Positions 63,451-64,000 of a DNA stretch of 64,000 nucleotides are shown here, piece by piece. Origin of the DNA: Anthoceros angustus (Eukaryota; Plantae; Anthocerotophyta); NCBI GenBank assembly GCA_010909165.1, contig MU008178.1, positions 818,369-882,368 on the forward strand, written 5' to 3'. The first letter of the stretch is position 1. Every line of letters starts with the position of its first letter. The translations under genes were made by a program, and so were the position numbers. The notes below the pieces were generated by a model that did not search any database, was not told where the DNA came from, and saw only the letters and a program-made list of their open reading frames with translations.

Positions 63451-64000
63451 GTTCTAATCTCCTCCTTCCACGCATACCACGTCGCCTCCTAGCTCGCCCA
63501 CCAGCAGCCCTGACGGCGTTGTTCCATCCACAAATCCAGTTTCTCCCGCTTTGTCCATGCAAGTTTTGAGCTGCGTTTGCATGCTCCTCCAACAACGTTC
63601 GGATTTCTTCCATTCCTGCTGGTCTAGCCTCGTGTCCAGGTCCAGCTCGTGCTCCCATGGCGACCTCCTCCTGTTGCACCCCATGGCCACCTCATGAGTG
63701 ATTTCCCATGAATCGCCATTTTCTTCTCCTGCTTTTGCTCAAGCTTCATGGGATGCATCTCCTTCCTCGCCCTCTGGCGCACCTACCTCCCTAGGGCCTT
63801 CTCCTCCGGCCCCATGGCGCCTGGCCTCGCCAAGTGGGGCGCCTTTTCTTTTGCTTGAACCGGCGCTCCCATATCCGCTTCTTTCTTTTGCCAACGCTGG
63901 CCTCCACTTGCAGCCCTCCTGACTGCTCACCCTTGAGGAGCATTCCAGCCTCCTCCTCGCGCCCATACTGGCGCCCTTTTATCCCTCTCGGTTCCAGTTG

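Overview
Eukaryotic nuclear DNA from a land plant. Short GT-AG introns, ~50% GC, dense genes and PLS-PPRs with long-insert L motifs suggest a compact seed-free plant genome, most likely a hornwort (inference). 0-12 kb is an intact minus-strand gene block: two HYL1/DRB1-like dsRNA-binding paralogues flanking eIF3d and two F-box genes. 12-50 kb is a three-copy tandem array of the cassette [PLS-PPR(-) / tubulin cofactor C(+) / full-size ABCG-PDR transporter(-)]. It arose from an older duplication plus a very recent ~11.6 kb duplication whose crossover lies inside a chimeric PPR. Only one PPR and one TBCC are intact, and they lie in different cassettes. The ABCG copies carry many homopolymer indels and two internal duplications that may be long-read assembly errors. 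51-64 kb is a nested transposon region: a LINE 3' remnant, two Ty3/gypsy 3' LTRs with polypurine tracts, a degenerate integrase, satellites and a 1.2 kb tandem repeat. I found no clearly new biological system. The best leads are the divergent HYL1 paralogues, a DYW-less editing PPR with a predictable RNA target, and readable repair and recombination junctions.
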